DNA of 64,000 bases from positions 128,001 through 192,000 of the forward strand of contig JANOEP010000010.1 of NCBI GenBank assembly GCA_031441465.1, given 5' to 3'. The position numbers and the translations under genes were made by a program. Every line of letters starts with the position of its first letter. Within the stretch, counting starts at the first letter, position 1. Under the pieces are notes generated by a model. It saw only the letters and a program-made list of their open reading frames with translations, had not been told where the DNA came from and did not search any database. Shown piece after piece: positions 11,398 through 25,566 of the stretch. Origin of the DNA: a bacterium (GTDB taxonomy: Bacteria > Krumholzibacteriota > Krumholzibacteriia > LZORAL124-64-63).

Positions 11398-12722
11398 CGC
11401 GACACCAACCGGCGGCCGTCGCGCCACACCTCGCGCACGGGATTGCGCCCGGCGTGGTAGGGCACCAGGCGGTGGTCGTCGACGTCTAGCACCAGGAAGT
11501 CGGCGGCGCGGCCCGGCGCCAGCGAACCGACTTCGTCCTGGAGACCGAGCGCCCAGGCGGCGTTGATCGTGCAGGCGGCCAGCGCCTCGGCCGGCGTCAG
11601 GCGCATCTGGGTGCAGGCGATGGACTGGATCAGGGGCACCGACGCGATCGGGCAGCTGCCGGGGTTGAAATCGGTGGCCAGGGCCACGGCCACGCCCGCC
11701 TCGATCATCGCCCGCGCCGGCGCGTAGCTGCGCAGGCCCAGCGAGAAGACCGTCCCGGGCAACAGCACCGCCACGGTCGGCGCGCCCGCCAGGGCGGCGA
11801 TGCCCGCGGCGTCGATGCGGATGAGGTGGTCCGCCGAGTCCGCTCCCAGCCGCGCGGCCAGCGCCGCGCCCCCGAACGGCTCCAGTTCGTCGGCGTGGAC
11901 GGTCGCGCGCAGGCCGAGTTCCTGCCCCCGTCGCAAGATCGTCGCGGTCTGTTCGAGGTCGAAGACCGTCGGCTCGCAGAAGACGTCCAGCCGCTCGGCC
12001 AAGCCCTCGCCGACGATCCGCGGCAGGATCTCGTCGCAGACGAGCTTGACGTAATCCCCACGGCGGTCCCGGTACTCGGGAGGCACCTCATGGGCGGCGA
12101 GGCAGGTGCGGACCACCCTCAGGCCGACCGTGCCGGCCGCTTCCCCGGCGATGCGGAGCATGCGGGCTTCATCATGATATGACAAACCATATCCGCTTTT
12201 AATTTCTATGGTTGTTGTTCCATGTTCAAGTACTTCACGAAGTCGCGCCACGGTCAGATCCAACAAGTCGTCATCGCTGCGCGCTCGTAGGTCCCGCACC
12301 GAGGACTGGATGCCGCCTCCCGCTGCGGCGATCTGCAGGTAGGTCTCGCCGCGTAGGCGCCGCTCGTACTCGTCCTGCCGGGTCCGGCCGAACACGGCGT
12401 GGGTGTGGGGATCGACCCAGCCGGGCACGACGCAGCGGCCGCCGGCGTCGTGGACGGCGCGCGGTGCGCCGCATCGGGCCAGCAACGCCGCTTGCGGTCC
12501 GTAGGCCAGCACGCGCCCGCCGGCCACGGCGAGCGCCGCCCCGGCGACCAGGCCGGGATCGTCGAGGTCGGCGCCGCGTCGGGGACCGGCGCTCGCCGCT
12601 CCCGGGCCTGGTCGGCCCGGCGCATCCAGCGTGCACAGCTGGCCGATGTTCTGCACCAGCAGGTCCGGCCCCGCCGCCAGGGCGGCGTCGTTTTCCGTCA
12701 CGACGCGGTCGATCGTGGTCAT
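11394..12722 (-). CDS. hutI: Imidazolonepropionase
   Basis: PGWVDPHTH, GGGIQSSV, GTTTIEIKSGYGL, DVFCE, HADEL, SADHL, ALATDFNPGS. ATG 12722 follows AGGAG. Confidence 0.95.
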   Translation of the reverse strand: MTTIDRVVTENDAALAAGPDLLVQNIGQLCTLDAPGRPGPGAASAGPRRGADLDDPGLVAGAALAVAGGRVLAYGPQAALLARCGAPRAVHDAGGRCVVPGWVDPHTHAVFGRTRQDEYERRLRGETYLQIAAAGGGIQSSVRDLRARSDDDLLDLTVARLREVLEHGTTTIEIKSGYGLSYHDEARMLRIAGEAAGTVGLRVVRTCLAAHEVPPEYRDRRGDYVKLVCDEILPRIVGEGLAERLDVFCEPTVFDLEQTATILRRGQELGLRATVHADELEPFGGAALAARLGADSADHLIRIDAAGIAALAGAPTVAVLLPGTVFSLGLRSYAPARAMIEAGVAVALATDFNPGSCPIASVPLIQSIACTQMRLTPAEALAACTINAAWALGLQDEVGSLAPGRAADFLVLDVDDHRLVPYHAGRNPVREVWRDGRRLVSR

Positions 12723-12724
12723 CG

Positions 12725-17498
<4,774 letters not shown>

Positions 17499-17513
17499 TC
17501 ACTCCAGCGGCGG

Positions 17514-19355
17514 TTAGAAGGACTGCAGCAGAGCGACGTGCAGCTTGGCGTCCTCGAAACGGAACGCACCCGGAAAGCCGATCGCCAGGGAGATCTCGCC
17601 GGCGGCCGAGGTCGTCATCAAACCGAGCCCGTAGCCGCGCAGATGGCTGGTGGCCGTGATCCGTCTCGTCGCATCCGCCGGGTCGGCGGTGGTGGTGCGA
17701 ACGTACCCCAGGTCCAAGAAGGTGTAAACACGCGAGCGGTCCGGACGTCCCCAGCGCAGTTCGAACGCCGCCGAGGCCACCCGCTCGCCGTGGAACTGGT
17801 CCTCCAGGTAGCCGCGCAGGCTGCGGGCGCCGCCGAGCCGGTACTGCTCGGTGAGGGGGGCGCCGGCCGCGTCGCCGCGCAGATCGCGGAACAGACCCGT
17901 CACCGCCGTGCTCGTGCGCGGTCCCCACCAGCGTTCGACGCCCAGATCGGCCTCGACCAGGGTCTGCCGCACCTCGCCGGCCGACGCGCCGGGAACCGCC
18001 CCGTCGCCGGTGCGCAATCCGGCGCCCCGGCGGGCCGATTCCAGGGCGAACGCCCCCGACCAACCGTTGCTCGCCGGATCGCCGCGCCGGCGCAGGATTC
18101 CCGCCCGGGTGCGCCAGCGGGACGTGCTCGACCAGGCGCCGGTGGCGTAGGTGCTGCGGTCGCGGCCCAGACCGAACTCCACACCCCAGGGACCGGACAC
18201 CGGCAGGCGCAGGCGGCCGTCGAGATGGAAACGCGTGGAGACGTTCCGTTGGACCTCGTGGCCGACGGTCAGGTCCGCATCAAGCGGCGTGCCGCCGATG
18301 AGCGGTTCGCGCCAGCCGATTTCGAGCCGGGACCGTTCGCGGCCGTCGTCGCTCCAGAGCAAATCGAGGCCCCGCCCGCTGCCGGCGAGGTTGGCCAGGT
18401 GCAGGTCCACCTGACCGCTCAGTCGCGAGGCCCCGTCCACGCCGGTGCGGCTCAGTCCGAGCATCACCGACGCGCGGTTCGGCCGCGGCTTCAGACGCAC
18501 CGGCCAGTGCACGCCGACCGCGTCGGCTTGCCCGGTCGCGTAGACGACCGGCGCGCCGACCTCGGCGTAGATGTCCCGCAGCTGCAGGCGGCGGCGCGCC
18601 GCTCCGAGTGACGACTCCCGGAATCGTGAACCGGGCGCCAGTCGCGCGGCCCGCGCCAGGAACGCCGACCCGCGTCCGCCGGGCAGGTCGGAGGTCGTCG
18701 GACCGAAGGCCACGGCGGGACCGGGCACGAGGATCGCCGTGACGTCCAGCAGGGGCTCATCGTCGCGGATCGCGACGCGCCGCACGATCCAATGCGCGAA
18801 GGGATGGCCGGCCTCCCCCGCCGCCTGCAGCAGGCCCGCGACGGCGCGCCGCCAGACGTCGGCGCCGACGGGGTCGCCGGGACGAGGCAGCCAGCGGGCC
18901 AGGGCGGCGCCGCGACCGGCGAAGTCGTCGCCCTCGACCTCCACCCGCCCGTGACGGTGGAGCGGCCCCGGCGACACGACCAGCGCCTGCCCGCTGTCGC
19001 GGCTCGCCGGCGCCACACGGCAGGCGAGGTACCCGCGCGCGAGCCAGCGATCGCGCAGCAGGGAGGCCGACGGCCGTCGTGCGGCGCCGTTGGTTGCCGC
19101 AGGATCGGCCGGTCGTGAAGGGTCGGCCAGCCAACCGGGAAGGGAATCCGCCGCCGCGCCCGTCGCCGCCACGACACCCGGCGGCAGGGAGGCCAACCAG
19201 TCCGCGTCTTCCAGGAGCCAGTTCTGCAGACGCCGGTCGCCGGCCGTCGCCGCCGAGAGACGCACCGCGGTCGGCGCGGCCGCGACGGCCGTGCTGCTAC
19301 CCAGGAACGCGGCCAGCAAGGCGCTAGAAACGAGCCGTCGACTCCAGTCGGACAT
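17514..19355 (-). CDS. Omp85 (BamA/TamA-family) outer-membrane protein
   Basis: Signal peptide, POTRA-like region, HLANLAGSG barrel start, LGGARSLRGY lid motif, C-terminal Phe. Confidence 0.82.
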   Translation of the reverse strand: MSDWSRRLVSSALLAAFLGSSTAVAAAPTAVRLSAATAGDRRLQNWLLEDADWLASLPPGVVAATGAAADSLPGWLADPSRPADPAATNGAARRPSASLLRDRWLARGYLACRVAPASRDSGQALVVSPGPLHRHGRVEVEGDDFAGRGAALARWLPRPGDPVGADVWRRAVAGLLQAAGEAGHPFAHWIVRRVAIRDDEPLLDVTAILVPGPAVAFGPTTSDLPGGRGSAFLARAARLAPGSRFRESSLGAARRRLQLRDIYAEVGAPVVYATGQADAVGVHWPVRLKPRPNRASVMLGLSRTGVDGASRLSGQVDLHLANLAGSGRGLDLLWSDDGRERSRLEIGWREPLIGGTPLDADLTVGHEVQRNVSTRFHLDGRLRLPVSGPWGVEFGLGRDRSTYATGAWSSTSRWRTRAGILRRRGDPASNGWSGAFALESARRGAGLRTGDGAVPGASAGEVRQTLVEADLGVERWWGPRTSTAVTGLFRDLRGDAAGAPLTEQYRLGGARSLRGYLEDQFHGERVASAAFELRWGRPDRSRVYTFLDLGYVRTTTADPADATRRITATSHLRGYGLGLMTTSAAGEISLAIGFPGAFRFEDAKLHVALLQSF

Positions 19356-22300
19356 CGTGCTGCCACCCCCTCTCCCCCAACCGGCGGCCGAAGTAGCCGG
19401 CGGTCAGGGTCAGGGTCGCCGACGGGGTCCAGGCCAGGCGGGCCGCCGCTTCGACGTTGCCTCCCGGATAGGGGTAGAAGTAGGGGCGCAGCGCGCCCGG
19501 CGGTTCGTCGGCCTCGACCCACGACCAGCGCAGTTCGGAATATCCCGTCCAGCGCCGCTCGAACCGCAGCCGGGCTTGCGGCTTCAGGCCCCAGTCGCGC
19601 TGCCGGACGCCGGAGACGAGGTCGCGGCGCTCGGCGCGGTCCAGCGCGATCACCAGCTCGTTGCCGGGCGACGGCCGGCGGCTGCCTTCGACCTCCCAGC
19701 CCGTGGTCAGCGAATCGTAGGGGCGGTTGCCGGCGACCGCCTGCTCGCGGTTGGCCCGGGTCTCGTCGGTGCGCGTGGCGCGCAGGCGCAGGCTCGTGCG
19801 CTCGTCGACGTTGAAGGTCAGCGTTCCCTGGTGCAGGCGGCGCAGGCGTTCCTCGGGATGGGTCGCGTACTGGCGGTCGAGGCCCTCGTCGAACTCGAAG
19901 CGCCCGCGCAGGTCCCAGCGCCGCAGGTGCCGCAGCAGCCACAGCTCCTGCCGCAGGGAGATCTCGCCGAGCACCGTGTCCTGCTCGTCGAGGATCCGCG
20001 CGGGCGCCAGGCGCATCAGCCCGCCCACGTCGTCGGTCCGGCTGCGCCCGCGCACGGTCGCGCGGGTGACCGACTGCCAGGCGCCCCAGACGCGGTCCTT
20101 GCCGAGCACGGCGAAATCCTGCCGCCAGGAGAGGTCCGCGCTCACCTCGGTGGTGGCGATCAGCGAGTCGGTGCCGACGGTCACCACGTCGAAGTCGCCC
20201 AGGTCGTAGCCGACGAAGGCGCCGCTCTGGTCGTAGTCGCCCTGCCGCAGGCCGACGAAGAGGATCTGGCGGTCGAGCACCTCGCTGCGGCTGCTGTCCA
20301 CGGCGTAGACCAGGCCCCAGTCGCTGCCCGTGCGTTCCCAGCGCCCGTGCAGGTCGATCCGCGCCAGGCGTGTGGTGAGGTCCGGCCCGTCCGGGACCTC
20401 GACCCGCCGCAGCGTGCCGTCCGCGGTCAGGCGGACGCCGCCCAGCGCCGGCGTGCCGAGCCGCCAGCGCGTGGTGCGGCTGTCGCGATCACGCTCCCAG
20501 TGACCGGCGCGCAGGCTGTCGGACAGCCCGCGCTCGAAGCTCGCGCCCCAGGCCCAGGCGGCGCGGGCCGGCGCCTCCAGACCGGCGGTCCAGCGGCGGC
20601 GCTTCGCACCGGCGGTCCGGCCCGCGGCCGCCGCCGCGTCGGCGTGTTGGGCGCGCTCGTAGGCGAAGGAGGGCCGCGCGTAGGTCGCGTCGACGCCGAT
20701 CGCATGGCCCTGCTCGCGCCGCAGGACATCCAGGGGATCGGCCAGATCCTCGCTGCGCGCCTCCTGCCAGTGCGAGGCGCCGTCCAGGCGGCCCCAGGCC
20801 CAGCCGGCATCGGCGCCGGCGCGCCGGGCGTCCAGGGACGTCCCGTGGGACAGGCGGCCCCACTGCCCTTCCAGGCGCAGGCGTCGCGTCCCGCCGCCCG
20901 AGGTCAACGAACCCGTCGCCGACGACTCCACATCGCGCGCCTGCAGGAAGCCCGCGCGACGAGCGCGGTCGCCCAGACCCCAGCGCTCGTAACGGAAGAG
21001 ATCGCGCGCCAGCTGGAACGGCGCGAAACGGGCCCCGAGATCCTCGTGCTTCGCCTGCAACGCGACGACGCCGACGCGACGCCCGCCCGGTTGCCAGGCG
21101 CGTGCGCCGAGGTCCAGCGCGGCGCGCAGGGCGCCGCCCGCGTCGTCGCCGTCGTCACGGCCGGAGAGGGCGTTGGCGTCGAGGCTGCTCGCGTCCCACT
21201 CCAGGGACAGCAACGGGCGGCGCGGGTCGCCGAGCGTCGCCAGGAAGGTCGCCAGCCGCTGCGACGTCGGGGCGGGCAGCAGGCGGCCGATGCGGTAGGA
21301 TCCGCCCCCGGCGCCGCGGTAGGCGTAGACGGTCCGGCCCAGCGCCGTCAACGACGCGACGCCGTAGTCGCCCAGCCCGGGGCCGGCGTCGTAGAACTCG
21401 ACCAGGTGATCGCCGGCGAGCGTGTCGTGGACCGCCACCTGGATGCCGCCCAACGATTCGAACCGGTAGTCGCCCGCACCCGCCGCGACGACCGTCAGGC
21501 CCGGGGACACGGCCGGCTGATCGCCGGCCGCGGCGAGGACCGCGCGGTCGGCTTCCGACAATTCGCCGGCCCGCAGGCGGGTGGGGTCGTCCTGCTCGCG
21601 CACCAGCCGCATCGTCAGCGCCGCCGTGCGCCCGCCGAGCAGACCGACGTCGACGGCGGCCTGCGCCTGCGCGCCGGACACGGTGCGGGAGTACGGCCCC
21701 TCGCCTTCTTCGAACTCCACGACGATTTCCGAGTCGGCGGTGATCAGGCGGCGGTAGGTGAAGGTCACCGTGCCGCGGACGTAGTCGACGACGTAGTCGC
21801 GGTCGGAGCCGCGCGTCATCGTCTGGCCGTCGAGGCGCACGCGCTCGCTGCCGGCGACCAGGAAGACCCCGGACCCGCCGGCGCCCAGCTGGTACGGGCC
21901 CTGGTTCGCCTCCTCGCCGCGGAGCTGGAGCGTGCGGTACAGCCCGCGCGGCGAACCGGCCATCGCAGCGACGCCGGCGGCGACGTCGGCGGTGCCCGGC
22001 CGGGCCTCCAGCACGAAACCCTGCAGCTTGCGCCGGTAGTTCCCGAATTCGGTGCCGCCGCGTTCGGCGACGAAGTCGCCCAGGACGGCGTTCCAGCGCG
22101 GCGCGGTCAGCTCCACGCGCACGCGGTCGATGTCGCGCAATTCCTCGGTGTTCCCCTCCGGGACCACCGGCAGGTTGTCGTCCGACAGCGCCGCCCTCAC
22201 CGAGATGGTTTCGGTGAGACGGCCGGAGATGTCCAGGCGGAGATTCTGGTCCACGCTGAGGTCGCGGCGGTTGCCCGAGGCCATGCGCACGGATTTGCTG

Positions 22301-22800
22301 CCGCTGACCAGCAGGTCGTCCAGCGGATCGCCGGCCGCGGCGGCCGACGGCAACGGCGGCGGCAACACGCCGGCCGCCGTCGCGGGAGCGGTCGGGTCGG
22401 TGGCCAGCGGCGGGCCGCGCACCGCATGCAACTCCTCGTCGGGCGGCACCACGGCCGGGACGAAGTCGTACCGCAGCCGGACGGCGACGACGACCGCACC
22501 GGGATCGCCCAGCGGGCGCAACGGGAACCAGATGCCGCGCGTGCCGTCGAGCCGGTAGTCCGTGTCGGCGCGCCAGGTCACGCCACCGACGACCGCCTCG
22601 AAGCCTTGGTTGAGCACGAAGGGTTGGGCCAGGGCGAGGCTCGTGGTTCCGGGCGGCAGCAGATGCCACTCGGTCTCGCTCAGCGCGGATCGCGGGCCGC
22701 CCGGCTCCGCCCGGGCCGCGGGCGCGCCGGCGCCCAGCAGGACGGCGGCCGCCAGCAGCCGTGACGCGATCCGCAGCACGGGATGCCGCACGCCGCGCAC
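19324..22800 (-). CDS. Large hypothetical outer-membrane protein (1158 aa)
   Basis: Signal peptide (ARA-E), long amphipathic strand pattern, C-terminal DVRLESTARF. Confidence 0.75.
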   Translation of the reverse strand: MRGVRHPVLRIASRLLAAAVLLGAGAPAARAEPGGPRSALSETEWHLLPPGTTSLALAQPFVLNQGFEAVVGGVTWRADTDYRLDGTRGIWFPLRPLGDPGAVVVAVRLRYDFVPAVVPPDEELHAVRGPPLATDPTAPATAAGVLPPPLPSAAAAGDPLDDLLVSGSKSVRMASGNRRDLSVDQNLRLDISGRLTETISVRAALSDDNLPVVPEGNTEELRDIDRVRVELTAPRWNAVLGDFVAERGGTEFGNYRRKLQGFVLEARPGTADVAAGVAAMAGSPRGLYRTLQLRGEEANQGPYQLGAGGSGVFLVAGSERVRLDGQTMTRGSDRDYVVDYVRGTVTFTYRRLITADSEIVVEFEEGEGPYSRTVSGAQAQAAVDVGLLGGRTAALTMRLVREQDDPTRLRAGELSEADRAVLAAAGDQPAVSPGLTVVAAGAGDYRFESLGGIQVAVHDTLAGDHLVEFYDAGPGLGDYGVASLTALGRTVYAYRGAGGGSYRIGRLLPAPTSQRLATFLATLGDPRRPLLSLEWDASSLDANALSGRDDGDDAGGALRAALDLGARAWQPGGRRVGVVALQAKHEDLGARFAPFQLARDLFRYERWGLGDRARRAGFLQARDVESSATGSLTSGGGTRRLRLEGQWGRLSHGTSLDARRAGADAGWAWGRLDGASHWQEARSEDLADPLDVLRREQGHAIGVDATYARPSFAYERAQHADAAAAAGRTAGAKRRRWTAGLEAPARAAWAWGASFERGLSDSLRAGHWERDRDSRTTRWRLGTPALGGVRLTADGTLRRVEVPDGPDLTTRLARIDLHGRWERTGSDWGLVYAVDSSRSEVLDRQILFVGLRQGDYDQSGAFVGYDLGDFDVVTVGTDSLIATTEVSADLSWRQDFAVLGKDRVWGAWQSVTRATVRGRSRTDDVGGLMRLAPARILDEQDTVLGEISLRQELWLLRHLRRWDLRGRFEFDEGLDRQYATHPEERLRRLHQGTLTFNVDERTSLRLRATRTDETRANREQAVAGNRPYDSLTTGWEVEGSRRPSPGNELVIALDRAERRDLVSGVRQRDWGLKPQARLRFERRWTGYSELRWSWVEADEPPGALRPYFYPYPGGNVEAAARLAWTPSATLTLTAGYFGRRLGERGWQHDVRLESTARF

Positions 22801-22808
22801 CGCCGCTC

Positions 22809-23807
22809 CTATCGGTAGAGGATCCGGTAGATCAGCACCGCCTGGCGGTCGCGATCGGCGACCGCCAGCAGGTCGTCGGGGCCGACGGCGACGTCGATGG
22901 GCAACTGCGGCGTCGCCAGCAGGCCCAGCGAGGAATCGGTGCTGAACAGGTGCGTGAGGTCCGGCGCGTACACGTGCACGGCCCGGCCCGCGGGATCGGC
23001 CACGAAGAGGTTGCCGTCGGGGTCGGTGTCCAGGCCCTGCGGCGTCAGCAGCACGTTGTGGCGGTCGAACTCGCCGCCGACCATCTGCTCCAGGTAGCCG
23101 AGCCGCGAGAAATGCTGCAGGCGGCGGTTGGCCCGATCGGCGACGACGAAGCTGCCGTCGTTCAGGAACGCGACGCCGCTGGGCTCCTGGAACTGCTCGC
23201 GGTGCGAGCCGGGCCCGCCGACCGTCGTCTGGATCGCCAGGAACGAGTCCAGCAGGACGGCCTGGCTCTCGGAGGCGTCGGTGAAGACCAGCCGCCCGTC
23301 GAGATCGATGTCGAAGCTCGAGGGCAGGCGGTCGAACCCCGGATCGAGGTGCGCGAAGCTCACCAGCTGGTCCTGGTAGGCGCCGCCGAGGTCGTAGCGC
23401 AGCAGGCTGCGGCCGTCCATGTCGAGCACCAGGACCTTGAAGTGGTCGACGCGCACGTCGACGGGCCGGAAGAAGCGCGAGCCGGGGCTGTCGAACTGGA
23501 ACCAGAGGTCGTCGGCGGGGCTGTAGCCGTGGACGCGTCCCGCCTTCTCGTCGCAGATGTAGAGGCTGCCGTCGCCGTACCAGCAGATCCCGGCCAGCCC
23601 CTCCAGGGGGTAGTAGGGGGCCGAGCGCACGTTCTCGTAGGCGAGCAGGAATTCCAGGGCGTAGGGGCGCGCCGTCGCGACGGTCTCGGCGCCGTCGGTC
23701 GCGGCGCCGGTATCGGCGCCGAAGTCGGCGCCGACCTGCGGCGACGGGGCCGGCGCGCAGCCGCCGAGGGCGGCGGCGAGGCTCAGAACGAGCGCGAGAC
23801 GACGCAT
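22809..23807 (-). CDS. NHL-repeat (beta-propeller) lipoprotein
   Basis: Lipobox LGGC after MRRLALVLSLAAA; repeats such as FQEPSGVAF..VVADRANRRLQ and PQGLDTDPDGNLFVAD. Confidence 0.85.
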   Translation of the reverse strand: MRRLALVLSLAAALGGCAPAPSPQVGADFGADTGAATDGAETVATARPYALEFLLAYENVRSAPYYPLEGLAGICWYGDGSLYICDEKAGRVHGYSPADDLWFQFDSPGSRFFRPVDVRVDHFKVLVLDMDGRSLLRYDLGGAYQDQLVSFAHLDPGFDRLPSSFDIDLDGRLVFTDASESQAVLLDSFLAIQTTVGGPGSHREQFQEPSGVAFLNDGSFVVADRANRRLQHFSRLGYLEQMVGGEFDRHNVLLTPQGLDTDPDGNLFVADPAGRAVHVYAPDLTHLFSTDSSLGLLATPQLPIDVAVGPDDLLAVADRDRQAVLIYRILYR

Positions 23808-24598
23808 GCGGTGCCCCCGTGTCCGCCCGCCGAGCGGGACTCGAGGTCGAACCCGAAGCCGGCGACCTCCAGCTGGTGGTCGCCCGCGCCGGCGCCGCGG
23901 ACCGCGTCGTAGGCCGACACGGCGCGGTTGACGATCGCGAACAGGATCATGAAATCGCGGCGGTCGTAGGCGATGTTCGCGTCGGCGCGCAGGCTCTGGT
24001 AGTTCTCCCGGTGGTCGCCGCTGCGCCAGAACCAGCCTTCGGCGGGGTCGAGCAGGCCGGGGGCCGTGGCCGGGTCCCGGCCTTCGGCGCGCGCCTCCAT
24101 CATCAGGGCGGTGTTGAAGTCTTCGCTCTCCATGTAACGGCCGACGGCCCGCCAGTAGTTCTCGGTGTGCTCGGGATCCTGGACGCCGGCGAAGATCTGC
24201 GCGTAGTCGCGGGAGTCCTCGCTGTAGCCCACGGCCTGGGAGTGGAACACGAAGTAGGCGGTCCACACCGCGGCCTCGGCCCCGGCGAAGGCCAGGGCGC
24301 GATCGCGGTCGCCGTTGTAGTACTGCCCCGCTCCGGGCAGCGCCAGCGAGAGCAGCCCCGCGGTGAACTTGCGGCCGAAGTTGCGCGGGCCGGCGCTTGT
24401 CGGTTCGCGGCGCACGCCGCCGACCGAGGCGCCGCCTCCGAGTTCCTGCACGTCCCACCGGGACGAGGAAGCGGCCAGTCCGGTCGCTTCCCACCGCGCG
24501 GCCAGCAGGTCGGGAGCGGGATCGGCCGCCGCCGGCGCCGCGCAGGCCGCCGCGGTCAGAGCCGACGCGATCACGATCCGTCGCAGGGACATGTGCAT
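23783..24598 (-). CDS. Hypothetical membrane/exported protein (DUF5683-like)
   Basis: Signal peptide, SLALPGAGQYYNG motif plus hydrophobic helix, C-terminal Phe. Confidence 0.7.
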   Translation of the reverse strand: MHMSLRRIVIASALTAAACAAPAAADPAPDLLAARWEATGLAASSSRWDVQELGGGASVGGVRREPTSAGPRNFGRKFTAGLLSLALPGAGQYYNGDRDRALAFAGAEAAVWTAYFVFHSQAVGYSEDSRDYAQIFAGVQDPEHTENYWRAVGRYMESEDFNTALMMEARAEGRDPATAPGLLDPAEGWFWRSGDHRENYQSLRADANIAYDRRDFMILFAIVNRAVSAYDAVRGAGAGDHQLEVAGFGFDLESRSAGGHGGTACVVSRSF

Positions 24599-24612
24599 GA
24601 CTTGCCGCCTCG

Positions 24613-25521
24613 TCAGTAGGAGATGGACACGCCCAGCCGGCTGGAGGTCAGCCCGCGGGGCTCGGCGATGAGGGCCAGTTCGTGACCGGCCACGTTCATG
24701 GCGGCCGAGCGGCCGCCCGAGAAGACGCCCTGCAGGTAGGCCACCTGGACCATGCTGAACACACGGGTGAACATGTTCACGTAGACCAGCTTGTCGCGAT
24801 TGTCGAACGACGCGTTGGATTCCTGGCGCAGCGCGCGGTAGGCCTCGCGGTGGGCGGTGACGCGCACGTCCTTCAGGATGCGGCTGTTCAGGTCGGTGTA
24901 GTCGTCCCAGGTCGGGTCGGTCTGCTGCCACCAGTTCACCGACCAGCCGCGCGGGTCGGAGAAGTCGTCCCAACCGAACACGAACTGGTCCCACTTGCCG
25001 GCGTTCTCGTAGTACTCGCGCTCGTCGTCCTCGCGGGAGACCCACAGCGACAGGTCCGTGTAGGCGGCCACGTCGTAGAAGAAGGTGCCGACCTCATCGC
25101 CGTCGCCGAAGGCCGCCGCCAGCTGCGCCTCGCTCCAGTGCGCGTCGAGGTAGTCGTAGTAGTCCTGCCGCTTCTGGTTGCCCTGGTCGTGGTAGTGCTT
25201 CACGCCGATCCAGGAGGCGACGTCCAGCGCCATCATGGCGTAGCCCCGCTTGTAGCCGAGGCTCGCCTCGCCGAGGCCCGGCACCAGCAGCGAGAACAGC
25301 ACCGGCCGCAGGGAACCGCCGCCGTCGCCGCCGCCGGCGTGCGACGGCGCCAGCCGCGAACCGCCGATGTCGCTCTGCGGCAGGGCGGCGCGCTGCAGCG
25401 TGGGGGTTTCCGTCGCGGCGCGGTCCAGCAACCAGCCGGCGCGGCCGCGGTCGGCGTCGCCGGCGGCGGCGGCCGCCGACCACAGGATGAGCATCGTGAT
25501 GAGGATCAGGCTCGAGCGCAT
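24613..25521 (-). CDS. Hypothetical membrane/exported protein (DUF5683-like), paralogue of the neighbouring gene
   Basis: Signal peptide, SLLVPGLGEASLG, YYENAGKWDQFVFGW, C-terminal LGVSISY. Confidence 0.75.
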   Translation of the reverse strand: MRSSLILITMLILWSAAAAAGDADRGRAGWLLDRAATETPTLQRAALPQSDIGGSRLAPSHAGGGDGGGSLRPVLFSLLVPGLGEASLGYKRGYAMMALDVASWIGVKHYHDQGNQKRQDYYDYLDAHWSEAQLAAAFGDGDEVGTFFYDVAAYTDLSLWVSREDDEREYYENAGKWDQFVFGWDDFSDPRGWSVNWWQQTDPTWDDYTDLNSRILKDVRVTAHREAYRALRQESNASFDNRDKLVYVNMFTRVFSMVQVAYLQGVFSGGRSAAMNVAGHELALIAEPRGLTSSRLGVSISY

Positions 25522-25566
25522 CGTCTCACTCCCCTAGCGCGGGCCGGCCCGCGGTGTGGATGGCGG

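Noticed and set aside
12168..12245. The AT-rich hutI island as a dif site or oriC
   Set aside because: Only a loose ATGTTCAAGT resemblance to a XerD arm, no XerC arm, and no TTATCCACA-type DnaA boxes seen nearby. The island is kept as a finding without this label.
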